Part shown: one piece after another, positions 8,228 through 17,426 of the stretch | How positions within the stretch are numbered: position 1 is the stretch's first letter | Layout of the letters: the number at the start of each line of letters is the position of its first letter | Assembly (NCBI GenBank): GCA_001786195.1 | Contig: MFVS01000008.1 | Location: 21,057-85,056, forward strand | From: Candidatus Nomurabacteria bacterium RIFCSPLOWO2_12_FULL_40_42 | GTDB taxonomy: Bacteria > Patescibacteriota > Minisyncoccia > Phycocordibacterales > UBA9973 | Reading direction: 5' to 3' | Length of the DNA stretch: 64,000 nucleotides | Made by a program: the position numbers and the translations under genes | The notes under the pieces: model-generated | Told to the model about the DNA's origin: nothing | Seen by the model: only the letters and a program-made list of their open reading frames with translations | Databases searched by the model: none

Positions 8228-10813
8228 TTAAGGATGTGGAGGGTGTGGAGGATGTTCAGGAGGACGACCACCTCCAATAAATGCTTCTGCTAAAGCTGCA
8301 GCTGCTAAGTCTCTGCCAAATTCTGCTCCTGGCGTATGTACGTCAGTTTTTTCTTCTTTTGGTTTTACTCCCATTCTTATTGCATGAGCAGACTCTCTAC
8401 GCGCGGCTTTGTTCCAAGGCCAGGCAAATGAATTTTCAATATCATTGGCAAATGCTCTTATTCTTTTCTCTCCAACTTCTTTTACCTTATGTTGAAGATC
8501 TGGAATTATTTTATCTTCAAGTTGATCCATTGATCTTCCGCCACCATGTTTGGCAGAAGCAAGTGCTGCCTTTGCTACTGCTGCTGCATTTTCCAATTCC
8601 GAAGCGTTGGAGGCTCCGGCTGTAATAGCTGCCAATGCCGCCGCCTCTGCTCTTTCCGCCTCTGCCTCTAATTCAGAGACCCTATTAACATCTCCTGTTG
8701 CCTTCTTTATCTTATCCTTGAATTCTTTTAACGTTGCCAGTTTATCATTTGCTGCTTTCTTAGCTGCAACTTTAGCAGGATCATTAACATCCATAGCCAT
8801 AGCCGATGCCAAAGTGTTTTGCTTAGCAGGATCGGTATCAGCCATTGCTCTTGCAGCACTTATGGCAGCTTCTCTAGTTGCAACCTTATTAGAATCAGTA
8901 GTATCTCTTGAATTTAAGTCACTTGCATTTTTTCTTGCCGACTCAATCTTTTTATTAAGTTGCTCAAGTTCGTGTGAACTTTCCAAGGAGAGGGCCTGAA
9001 TCGCGTCTTCAGCTGCATTTAATTCCTGTTTCTCTTTTTCGCCTTCCTTGGTTTTAAGTCCTGCAGCTCTCTTCTTTCTCTTTTCGTCTCGTCCCTTCAA
9101 ATCAGCCATGTATCCACCCTCTTCCGTTGAAAGGTATTTTCCTCCTCCTAAGTTGACCCCGGTTATTTTAGATACAGCACCAAAAGCTCCGCCAAACGCA
9201 CCCTTTCTTATATCAAAACTCGAACCCGCAAATCCTCCCTTGCCATCATCTCCACCTGCGATAGTTCTTCCCATACTAGCCAAACGTCTCTGGGCCCAAT
9301 TGCCCTTTGTTTCCCAATCTTGCATCTTTGTACTGTCAAAAACTTTTTTACCTAAATGCCCAGCAGTTCCCTGCAGGACTTTGGCCCCAACCATCATCGT
9401 TCCGCCGGTCGCTGCGCCGATGGCAAGTCCGGTGACCACCTTACCAATTCCTGATGCTATCTCTGCAATTTTTCCTCCTGCCGCTTTAGCAAAGTGGATC
9501 GCTTTGAGAAGCAGAAACATGCTTATTAATGCCGGCAATATTAAAGACAATATATACGGGATAAATCCTTCACCAGTCAGAAGTTTCATTTTCGAATATT
9601 CCTTCAATAACATAAATATCAAATACATAAAAAACATAAAAACTGGAGCCATAAAAGACATTTTAATCAAACGTTTATGCCAGGCGTTCCAGCCCAGATA
9701 TTCCACACCTTGAAGTGCCGGTAAGGCGAAAGACATAAAAGCGAAAGGGGCAAAAATGATCAAAGCCCAAAGTTCGAGCAACCTGCCCAAAAATGCGGCT
9801 CCGGCGACGAAAAAAGCGAAGGCAGCAAAGAACATGATAGATCCAGAGATGATCATTAATCCAAGTGTCAACCCGAAAGGAAGGTTTTCTTTTGATTCTG
9901 TTTTTTCGCCTAATACCGTTATTGTTTTCAGTTTTTTAAGTGTAGGAAAGTCTACCAGCTTAGTAGGGTTAAATGCCTCAACTATCTCGCCAGATATATC
10001 TTTTTCTGTACTGCCTGCAGATTGATCATACACTTTTTGTCTTCCTGGGTTAACTTTCAGTTTATTATAGAAAACCAAAGCCAGAATATTAGAAGAATCT
10101 ATAACCACTTTTGTGAAAAACATTGAAAAGTTTATAAGTAAAGCCATGATTATTACCCAAACTACCGCCTTTTTAGTTTCATGTCCTATCCCTAAAATTG
10201 TTTGAATCGCTACATAAAGTAAAATAAGGATGAAAAAAATATTAGAAAGATCACGCACTACAGCCCAAGCGCTAGATACGAAACCCGAGTCGGTCAAGAC
10301 CGCTAGCTTATTTATCCCAACAGACACCATGGCATTAAAGAAGTTTGCAGACAATATAAGCAGTAAATTTGGGAGTTGGAAGTAAGTGTAGTAAACAATC
10401 CATAAAAAACATCCCTTCACAAGTTGAGATAAATCAAAAGTAGCTCCGCAACCGTTATTAATTTCTCCTCTAAATGTATCAGCTTCTGTTTTTGGTGTTG
10501 TTCCTGTCGCCCCTGCTGCTAGGGTTGCTGGTGTTGCTGGCGCAGGATTGCTAGGGCTGTATGGAGTAAAAATACCTATACCACGACAGTTCTCTGGAGT
10601 GGAGGGGAAAGGTGCTATGTATGTTATTCCACTCGTGCGCTGACAAGTTCCCGTTGCTACCACAGGTGTTGGTGTAGGTGCTGGTTGCGCCTCCACTTGT
10701 TTCCCTCCCGGCCCAAAAAGTCCGACGAGGATAAGCAGTATCAATCCCGTTAGAAGCAATTTACGAATAGTTGGGGATTTTGTTGTATTTCGTGTTAAAT
10801 TATTTTGTGACAT
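8228..10813 (-). CDS. Polytopic membrane protein, VirB6/TrbL-like, with Gly-rich and coiled-coil tail
   Basis: WAVVRDLSNIFFILILLYVAIQTILG...ALLINFSMFFTKVVIDSSN; multiple TM helices. Confidence 0.65.
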   Translation of the reverse strand: MSQNNLTRNTTKSPTIRKLLLTGLILLILVGLFGPGGKQVEAQPAPTPTPVVATGTCQRTSGITYIAPFPSTPENCRGIGIFTPYSPSNPAPATPATLAAGATGTTPKTEADTFRGEINNGCGATFDLSQLVKGCFLWIVYYTYFQLPNLLLILSANFFNAMVSVGINKLAVLTDSGFVSSAWAVVRDLSNIFFILILLYVAIQTILGIGHETKKAVVWVIIMALLINFSMFFTKVVIDSSNILALVFYNKLKVNPGRQKVYDQSAGSTEKDISGEIVEAFNPTKLVDFPTLKKLKTITVLGEKTESKENLPFGLTLGLMIISGSIMFFAAFAFFVAGAAFLGRLLELWALIIFAPFAFMSFALPALQGVEYLGWNAWHKRLIKMSFMAPVFMFFMYLIFMLLKEYSKMKLLTGEGFIPYILSLILPALISMFLLLKAIHFAKAAGGKIAEIASGIGKVVTGLAIGAATGGTMMVGAKVLQGTAGHLGKKVFDSTKMQDWETKGNWAQRRLASMGRTIAGGDDGKGGFAGSSFDIRKGAFGGAFGAVSKITGVNLGGGKYLSTEEGGYMADLKGRDEKRKKRAAGLKTKEGEKEKQELNAAEDAIQALSLESSHELEQLNKKIESARKNASDLNSRDTTDSNKVATREAAISAARAMADTDPAKQNTLASAMAMDVNDPAKVAAKKAANDKLATLKEFKDKIKKATGDVNRVSELEAEAERAEAAALAAITAGASNASELENAAAVAKAALASAKHGGGRSMDQLEDKIIPDLQHKVKEVGEKRIRAFANDIENSFAWPWNKAARRESAHAIRMGVKPKEEKTDVHTPGAEFGRDLAAAALAEAFIGGGRPPEHPPHPPHP

Positions 10814-10849
10814 AATTACAATTAATTTTCAATTTTCAATAATCAATTT

Positions 10850-11227
10850 TCATTTTCTAGCGGAACTTGCGATTTTTTGAAAAATAAGCGTTAACTCCTG
10901 GCACTCCTTCCATTGTTTTAGTAAGCCAAATTGCAGATCGGTATCACAAGTAGTCAACATTCTTAGCCAGTGCTTTGTTTCCTGCGTCTCTTTTTTGCAT
11001 ATAAATATTTTATTGATGAAATCTTTTTTAGAACTTGCGCCGTTTGCTTCCATATAGTTGGCTCCTATACTTGTGCCAGATCGAATTAGTTGAGAAATAA
11101 GAGGTCTGGTTATGGTATCTTGCTTTAACTTCTTGCACAATAATATCAAATTTTCACCAAATTTTGCAGTTCTTTCTTCTAAGTCGTAAACGCGAGAATT
11201 TGCAATTTTTGAATTTTCAGTTTTCAT
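10850..11227 (-). CDS. Four-helix-bundle protein (23S rRNA IVP-like family)
   Basis: YDLEERTAKF...SQLIRSGTSIGANYMEANGASSKKDFINKIFICKKETQETKHWL. Confidence 0.9.
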   Translation of the reverse strand: MKTENSKIANSRVYDLEERTAKFGENLILLCKKLKQDTITRPLISQLIRSGTSIGANYMEANGASSKKDFINKIFICKKETQETKHWLRMLTTCDTDLQFGLLKQWKECQELTLIFQKIASSARK

Positions 11228-11316
11228 TGAATTTTTAATGTTTTAAAATTGATTCATTGGGTCTTGGTTGAAAATTGTAAATTAGAAATTGAAAATTTAT
11301 TCTGCATTTTAATTTC

Positions 11317-11631
11317 TTAAACCACCCGTATCCCAGTCTTTCTAATTTCGTAAGCAAGCGGATCAGCATTGTTTTTAAAATCTTCTTCAGTAAAACCGTG
11401 GAACTCAATACGATTATCTACCGCATCACGAAAATCCCAAAGTTTCTTATAATTCCTTCCAAAACGATTTCTAAATTTTGGAGAAATTACAGCGATATCT
11501 ATGTCGCTATCTTTATGATTTGTTCCTCTGGCTCGCGAGCCAAAAAAATATACAGAAGAAAATGGGAATTTCTCCTTTTTTAATTTTTTAGCAAATCGTC
11601 TTACAATTTTTATTGTTTCTGATTTTGACAT
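11317..11631 (-). CDS. Minimal nucleotidyltransferase (MNT antitoxin)
   Basis: YFFGSRARG...DSDIDIAV motif. Confidence 0.9.
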   Translation of the reverse strand: MSKSETIKIVRRFAKKLKKEKFPFSSVYFFGSRARGTNHKDSDIDIAVISPKFRNRFGRNYKKLWDFRDAVDNRIEFHGFTEEDFKNNADPLAYEIRKTGIRVV

Positions 11632-12011
11632 AACGATTTATATAATTTAGTAATTTTTTCTAATTTATCCTTAGTATATTTTTCCGTACAAATTTTATAC
11701 AACTTCAATTTTTGTTCTGGATATCTAGCACGAATATTAAAAGCGCTAATAGTTTTTAATAGGTCTAATTCATTCTTGTTTAAAGAGATCTTTGTTAATT
11801 TTGCCAGCCTGATTAAATCATGAGTGAAAGGCGCTTGTTCTCCCGTTTCTTGAACGACCAGACCTTTCTGAGTTTTTTCCAAAACAATATGCCCAAAAAA
11901 CAAACTTTCTGGATAGCGCTTAATCTTAAAAAGACCGAGCATGGTGTCATAATCTCTTTTTGCAGTTATTTCCCAATATTTTACCGCTCCTCTTGTTTCT
12001 TTTTCAGTCAT
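11610..12011 (-). CDS. HEPN domain protein (HEPN-MNT pair)
   Basis: FFGHIVLEK..KG...PFTHDLIRL...NIRARYP; overlaps the MNT gene. Confidence 0.85.
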   Translation of the reverse strand: MTEKETRGAVKYWEITAKRDYDTMLGLFKIKRYPESLFFGHIVLEKTQKGLVVQETGEQAPFTHDLIRLAKLTKISLNKNELDLLKTISAFNIRARYPEQKLKLYKICTEKYTKDKLEKITKLYKSLCQNQKQ

Positions 12012-12063
12012 ACCTTTATTTTAGCATTATTAAGTGTTTAATGCATGACCTAAAAGAGATTAA

Positions 12064-12407
12064 AAATACTTCACTAATAAATTTCCTCAAGTCAATCATT
12101 TCCTTGAAACAACAGGGTGTTTAGAGCTTTTATTTTTGCGGTTCAGCAGGCCTACCTGCTTACACCGGAGCTTCCCACCACTCAGGGTCTTTGCTCAAAA
12201 TGGGCTTTAATTTTCCCCAGTTGCAACTCGGTACTCATTAAAGTTATTCCCACTGGCTCGTTCACTTACTGGAGCCGCACTTCTAGTGTAGAAGAAGTTA
12301 ATTTTGTTTCTGTTGTACTATCGAAGCTAGCTCTGTTATCACTAGCCCCGATATGCACTACCCCCACTAAGGGTTATTATGCGAGGAAATTTATTAATGA
12401 ACTATTT
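12064..12407. other. 344-bp non-coding element with 25-bp terminal inverted repeats and a structured interior (MITE or ncRNA)
   Basis: 12064-12088 aaatacttcactaataaatttcctc pairs with 12383-12407 (2 mismatches); internal hairpins such as agcagg-ccta-cctgct and gctagctctgttatcactagc. Confidence 0.55.
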
Positions 12408-12442
12408 ATGCAGTATAACACAAAAAGAAAACACCACAAGAG

Positions 12443-14659
12443 TCAATTCACCGTAATATTAACCAGGAAGGTCTGCGGATGCGCGATCGATGCATCTTTG
12501 ACTAGTACCGAAGTTATGCCGGCTGTCCTATAATTGGTGATTCGGAGAGTTTTTCTGTTGATTATTTGAGCAGTGGCGATTCTGGAATCAGGCTCCGTTT
12601 GGATGCTATAATTTCCCATTCCGCCGGTGATAGTTAGGTCTCTAAAACAATAATTGTAAGTACTGTAAAGGCCGCAAATTCTGGTTGTATAATTCGATAG
12701 ACTTACGACCAAAGGATCGGTGACGATAATGCTAGTGTTATCGAATTTGGTGGCCAGGGATGAATCTTTGACCATGACTTGGGTCTCCCCTTGCTTCTTG
12801 CCAGTGATTGTAAGAGTGTCGAAATTTGGTCCGAGAATCTGAGCCGTTGCTATTTCGGGGTTGAATGTTGTTACGATTTTATAAGGAGCTGTGCCGCCTG
12901 TGATGGGCAGAGAGTTGACAATTGTACCGGTGATTACTGAAATATTTTGCGGTATGTTTAAGGCTCCGCGTTCTGTTGTCGAGATAATGGCGTTCACTCT
13001 GACAGTTTTGGCAGGTGTTGATGAATCTTTTATTTCAATAAAAGTTGATCCAGGCGCGACACCAGTTACAATTAAGTTTTCGCCAGCTAGGCCCGTCACC
13101 GCAACGGATTGATCTGGGTTTGTTAATATGGAATAAGGTTTTTCCCCGCCAGATATGGTGGTGGTGATTGGGTTGTCGGCGATAGTTACAACGCTTGCCG
13201 GAGTGACTGCTAAAACCCCGATAGCATTTATCGCTATATTAACTATGGCAGTGCATTGTGTCGACAGATTTTGCTCTGGGCAGGAAGTTGACGAGTCTCG
13301 AACTTTGACTTGGGTACTTCCTGGAGCTACGCCAGTAATAGAAAGAGTCGGTCCAGACAATCCAGAGACAGAAATTTCCGCTTTTGCCACTCTGTTGTCT
13401 GGTGGAATTAGAATGCTATAAGGCTGTGTACCGCCGGAAATAATTGTTCGAGTCGTCTCGTCAATTCTAGCTGAAACATTTTGTGGAATGCTTAACGGAG
13501 CAGGTGCACCATAGGTCGATGTTCCACTACTTAGAGTTTGGCCATTGTAGCTCCAGTTGTCTGCAGGAGGCGCGGGGCTGACGGTGCTTGCGAGCGCGCT
13601 CAAACCCGTATCCAAAAGTTTATTGATAAGCGCGTCAAAAATAGCTGCCAGGCTGTTACCTAAAGCTCCGTCGAGCGCAGTGGTAAGGAATGGAACGTTG
13701 AGCGCGTTGAATACTTGATTGGCCGCTACCGAGCCGGGAGTAGTCGAGACTAGACCCCCGGGGCAAGTGTTGTTTTTTGTCCATTCTGCCCTAGCCGCAT
13801 TATTTTCTCTTTCCCATTGCAAAGATCCGCTAGCTCCCGGATATTTTTCCGTATCAAAAGGAAGAGGTTTGTAACTCGGCCTCAAAAATTCATTTGCGCC
13901 ATTGTTGTATTTTGGATTGCTGGGGCAGGTTTGCGGAGAAAGAAATCCCAATCCTTGCTGAAGTTTATCTTTTACCATTTGGGCAGGAGTCATAATCGTC
14001 CCCTCCAGGCGACTTGCCAGGTTTTGCTGAATGAGCATGTTGAACCCTAAATAATTATTTTGCGGATACTGGGTGTTAATGAGGAATCCATTCCAACCCC
14101 CGATATTAAAATCATTTCGGTATTGGACCAAGAGGTCGGGGTCATTGATCACTTTGCTTAAAGTATATTGCGCGTTGATTTCGAGCTGGCTTTTGTAACT
14201 GTCTATTACTTGTAATGCGACTTCTTTGCCGAAGGGAAATCGAAAAGTATCGTAGCCGATCATATCCACTAAATTTTTAACTTGCGACTTGGCTATGTCT
14301 CGAAAGAAGGATTCTGGATTTTCCAGAAATAGCGGCGACCCATGAAAACCGGAGTTTATCCAGTTGATTGTGGCTTGGGTCATCTGTGCTAAGAGTCTCT
14401 TGGCAGCTAATTTAAGCAATTGTTCCAGAAGTTTTTGCATCCAACTTTTATTGTCAATAATAGAACTTGTTGTGGTATTAGTTGTTATTATCTTGAGATA
14501 TATTTGAGCTGGGAAATCATTAACCGGCACGCCGATCGGCGCAGTTTCTTGCGCTTCTGCCTTTTTTACCCCAAAAGACGAAAAAATAGCAGGTGTCAGT
14601 ATAGAAATAATCAAAAGACAAGGGATAAATTTTTGAATTATTTTATTTTTTGTTACCAT
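12443..14659 (-). CDS. Large secreted protein with four tandem Ig-like repeats
   Basis: Signal peptide; repeats ISGGTQPYSI, ISGGEKPYSI, ITGGTAPYKI, ITGGMGNYSI, most followed by ..TG...G.T.V.VKD. Confidence 0.75.
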   Translation of the reverse strand: MVTKNKIIQKFIPCLLIISILTPAIFSSFGVKKAEAQETAPIGVPVNDFPAQIYLKIITTNTTTSSIIDNKSWMQKLLEQLLKLAAKRLLAQMTQATINWINSGFHGSPLFLENPESFFRDIAKSQVKNLVDMIGYDTFRFPFGKEVALQVIDSYKSQLEINAQYTLSKVINDPDLLVQYRNDFNIGGWNGFLINTQYPQNNYLGFNMLIQQNLASRLEGTIMTPAQMVKDKLQQGLGFLSPQTCPSNPKYNNGANEFLRPSYKPLPFDTEKYPGASGSLQWERENNAARAEWTKNNTCPGGLVSTTPGSVAANQVFNALNVPFLTTALDGALGNSLAAIFDALINKLLDTGLSALASTVSPAPPADNWSYNGQTLSSGTSTYGAPAPLSIPQNVSARIDETTRTIISGGTQPYSILIPPDNRVAKAEISVSGLSGPTLSITGVAPGSTQVKVRDSSTSCPEQNLSTQCTAIVNIAINAIGVLAVTPASVVTIADNPITTTISGGEKPYSILTNPDQSVAVTGLAGENLIVTGVAPGSTFIEIKDSSTPAKTVRVNAIISTTERGALNIPQNISVITGTIVNSLPITGGTAPYKIVTTFNPEIATAQILGPNFDTLTITGKKQGETQVMVKDSSLATKFDNTSIIVTDPLVVSLSNYTTRICGLYSTYNYCFRDLTITGGMGNYSIQTEPDSRIATAQIINRKTLRITNYRTAGITSVLVKDASIAHPQTFLVNITVN

Positions 14660-14670
14660 ATTTTTGTATT

Positions 14671-15624
14671 TTAGTTATTTAACTTTTGTTTTATTGCTTC
14701 GGTAAGCATATTACTAGCCAATCCCAGGTCCGTAGAATTTTTCCCGTATTGGTTTATCGCGCCTATTGCTGGTATGGCGTCTGTATCATAGAACTTAATG
14801 TCACTTATATTTTCCACTACCCGCTCTAGAGTGTTTATAACACTTAAATGCGGATCTGAGATAGGCCTCGGTACGTTTATTTTTGTCATGGCGTCTATTA
14901 TTTTATTTGTTTGTTCTATGATCGGGCCAAGTTTTTCTAGTTCGCTCGTATTAACGTTGTTTTCGTCAGCCATAAATTTTTGCAATATGTCAGGCACGGC
15001 ATAGTTCATTGGATATTTTTTGTAAATATTATTTAAAGCATAGTTATAATCTATAAAAGCTTGAGCATTATTTTCATTTGATATTTTTAGATCGGAAAGT
15101 GAGAACACTTTTCTAACAATTGGGTTTTTGATTCTTTCGGCCAAGGTTGTGCCCAAAGTTTCTATAGCGGTTTGATCCACCATTCCATTTTGGTTTCCAG
15201 CGGCGATGGTCGCGAAAAGTTCTCTGGAAAATTTATCAGTTTCTGTCAAATTTTCCGGGTCCTCGTTTTCTCCATTTTCATTTATTTTAGCATTAGCTCT
15301 TTGTTCTGCTTTGAGTTTGCTTATAGCGTTCTGGTCAGATACCCCGGGGGTGGTTTCTTTCTTGGTAGGGTCCAGTCCATACAAGCCTTCTTCCCAGTCT
15401 AGGATGCCGTCGCCATCGGTATCTTTGTTTACCAAATCTTCGAGAGTCGCACTGTTGTAAGCTAGTCCATTTTCTTGGCTTTTGGACGAGGAGTCGAGAG
15501 AATTTTTGAATGTGGTTTTATTTTTTACAAAAAAAAGCGCAACAACAAACGCAATCGCAAAAGCGATCAGAAGTATCTTTTTATTTTTTAACCAAATATT
15601 TTTGATTATGGAATAATTATACAC
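14671..15624 (-). CDS. Membrane-anchored hypothetical protein with a DxDGDG Ca-binding motif
   Basis: N-terminal TM; KDTDGDGILDWEEGLYGLDP. Confidence 0.7.
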   Translation of the reverse strand: MYNYSIIKNIWLKNKKILLIAFAIAFVVALFFVKNKTTFKNSLDSSSKSQENGLAYNSATLEDLVNKDTDGDGILDWEEGLYGLDPTKKETTPGVSDQNAISKLKAEQRANAKINENGENEDPENLTETDKFSRELFATIAAGNQNGMVDQTAIETLGTTLAERIKNPIVRKVFSLSDLKISNENNAQAFIDYNYALNNIYKKYPMNYAVPDILQKFMADENNVNTSELEKLGPIIEQTNKIIDAMTKINVPRPISDPHLSVINTLERVVENISDIKFYDTDAIPAIGAINQYGKNSTDLGLASNMLTEAIKQKLNN

Positions 15625-15678
15625 CTTTCCTATAAAGGAAACTAGTTTTTAAAGCTTTTCTTGTGTATAATTCCCTTC

Positions 15679-16611
15679 ATGAGGTCATTTTTCTTATTTA
15701 TTTTTATTATTTTATTATTTTATCCACAGACTCCTATAAAAGTTTTAGCGGCGGGAACTTATTCAGACTGCAATATCACTACTGTATTAAGGATGGGTTC
15801 TAAAGGGGCTGAAGTTCGATGTCTTCAGGGAAAAGTTGGGGTAGCTACCGACGGCAGTTTTGGTCCTTTGACCAATGCTGCAGTTAAGGTTTTCCAAACA
15901 AATAATAGATTAACGCCTGATGGAATAGTCGGCCCTATTTCTAGGCTGATACTTAATAGTTTTTTGGCAAATAATGGTATTTATCCGTCGGTTATCAATC
16001 ATCAAGGGTTGAAACCCATGCCTATGCCGAAAATTACAAATAACTCAACAAATGCTAGTCTTAATCCTGTGGATTTAGATCATTTTATATCTACCGTTGT
16101 AGAAGTAAATAGAAAAAATGGAAAGAGTGAACAAGAATTGGCGGTTATAGCAAATATTCTCCGAAAAACAATTACTGAGAGCAAGATTGATTACAATAAA
16201 GAATTTGAAAAGTTGCTTGTAAATGAAAGTCAACAATTAGGCATTAAATCAAATAACACTCCTCCACACCCTAGCATTTTTGATCGCATGATTAAAAAAC
16301 CCCTTTCCTTTTTAGATATTACTTCTTCTGTAGCTCAAGCTGCAACTGGGGCAGGTATAGGGTTCGGTGGCAAATTACTAGCCGCTACTCCTTGTGCCGG
16401 AAGTTGGATGTTGGAAATAACTCCTCTGCCTCCGACGAACGTAGTGCTTTTGAGTTATATTCCGGGCACTCAGGGTTTTGCAAGCTACAATATACCCTTT
16501 ACCACTAATCTACTTGGATTATATGTACCAGGTGGTAACTGTTCTTATGGTCCTGTTAATATAACAACCCAAGGCACTATTCTCCCAATGGTCGGTTCGT
16601 CTCCTCTCTAG
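15679..16611 (+). CDS. Peptidoglycan-binding domain protein
   Basis: LRMGSKGAEVRCLQ...DGSFGPLTNAAVKVFQ...LTPDGIVGP; ATG at 15679 lies 7 nt after TATAAT. Confidence 0.8.
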   Translation: MRSFFLFIFIILLFYPQTPIKVLAAGTYSDCNITTVLRMGSKGAEVRCLQGKVGVATDGSFGPLTNAAVKVFQTNNRLTPDGIVGPISRLILNSFLANNGIYPSVINHQGLKPMPMPKITNNSTNASLNPVDLDHFISTVVEVNRKNGKSEQELAVIANILRKTITESKIDYNKEFEKLLVNESQQLGIKSNNTPPHPSIFDRMIKKPLSFLDITSSVAQAATGAGIGFGGKLLAATPCAGSWMLEITPLPPTNVVLLSYIPGTQGFASYNIPFTTNLLGLYVPGGNCSYGPVNITTQGTILPMVGSSPL

Positions 16612-17419
16612 AAGCCAAGACAATCCAGTCTTCCAGTGTTAAATCCTCCGCTCTTTTGTCTTGAAGTTGCTTTCTTTCGAGTTTTTCTGCCGAAATAACA
16701 TTTTTTAAGTTGCCAGAGAGCTTTTTTCGCTTATGGGCGAAGCCGGTTTTTACTATTTGCCAAAATTTAGTCTCGTCTATTTTATTATCTTCGAAAACTT
16801 TGCGGGAAATATTTTTTATGGCTATTATGGCCGAATTTACCTTGGGTACTGGCGAGAAATATCTTTTGTCCACCTTGGCGATCATTTTCGGCTCCCCGTA
16901 TGCTTTGACAGAAATGGAGAGGATGCTTTCTTTGCCGTTTTTGGCCAAAATTCTTGTCGCGACTTCGCGCTGAACCATGAGCACCATACCCTTTGGTTGG
17001 TTTTTTCCCGTTAAGAATTTTTTAAGTATCGCGCCGGTTATGTTGTAAGGAATATTCGCAATTACTTTGTAATTGCGTAATTCGTAATTCGTAATTTCAA
17101 ATTCCAATATGTCACCATGAACTAAATTTAGTTGTCCCGATGAAATTTCTTTTTCAAATTTTATTTTTAAAAATTCATAAAGTTCCCTGTCTTTCTCTAT
17201 CGCTAGAACCTCGCACCTAGTCTCTAGCAACTTATTTGTGAGCGCTCCCCTGCCCGGACCTATCTCTAAAATTATCTCGCCAGGTTTTATCTCCTCCGCT
17301 TCAATAATTTGCCAGAGAGCCTCTTCCGATTTTAAAAAATTTTGCCCTAAAGCCTTTTTGGCTCGGGCGAAAACATATTTGTTTTGTAGCCCCAAATGTT
17401 TTTTAGCTCTGTGTAACAT
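16577..17419 (-). CDS. rsmA: 16S rRNA adenine dimethyltransferase
   Basis: KKALGQNFL, EIGPGRGALT, IANIPYNIT, MVQREVA. Confidence 0.95.
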   Translation of the reverse strand: MLHRAKKHLGLQNKYVFARAKKALGQNFLKSEEALWQIIEAEEIKPGEIILEIGPGRGALTNKLLETRCEVLAIEKDRELYEFLKIKFEKEISSGQLNLVHGDILEFEITNYELRNYKVIANIPYNITGAILKKFLTGKNQPKGMVLMVQREVATRILAKNGKESILSISVKAYGEPKMIAKVDKRYFSPVPKVNSAIIAIKNISRKVFEDNKIDETKFWQIVKTGFAHKRKKLSGNLKNVISAEKLERKQLQDKRAEDLTLEDWIVLASREETNRPLGE

Positions 17420-17426
17420 AATATAT

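Noticed and set aside
8281-10025. Long plus-strand ORFs opposite the VirB6-like gene (and similar shadows at 39478, 41161, 44810, 62166)
   Set aside because: Antisense shadows of well-supported genes, with no independent motifs.
12064-12407. tmRNA or RNase P RNA
   Set aside because: GGGGCT..GCTTCGA on the - strand loosely resembles a tmRNA 5' end, but there is no T-arm/acceptor 3' end, and the RNase P GAGGAAAGTCC motif is absent.
12117-12533. 138-aa plus-strand ORF
   Set aside because: No recognisable motifs; overlaps the structured element and the end of a real minus-strand gene.
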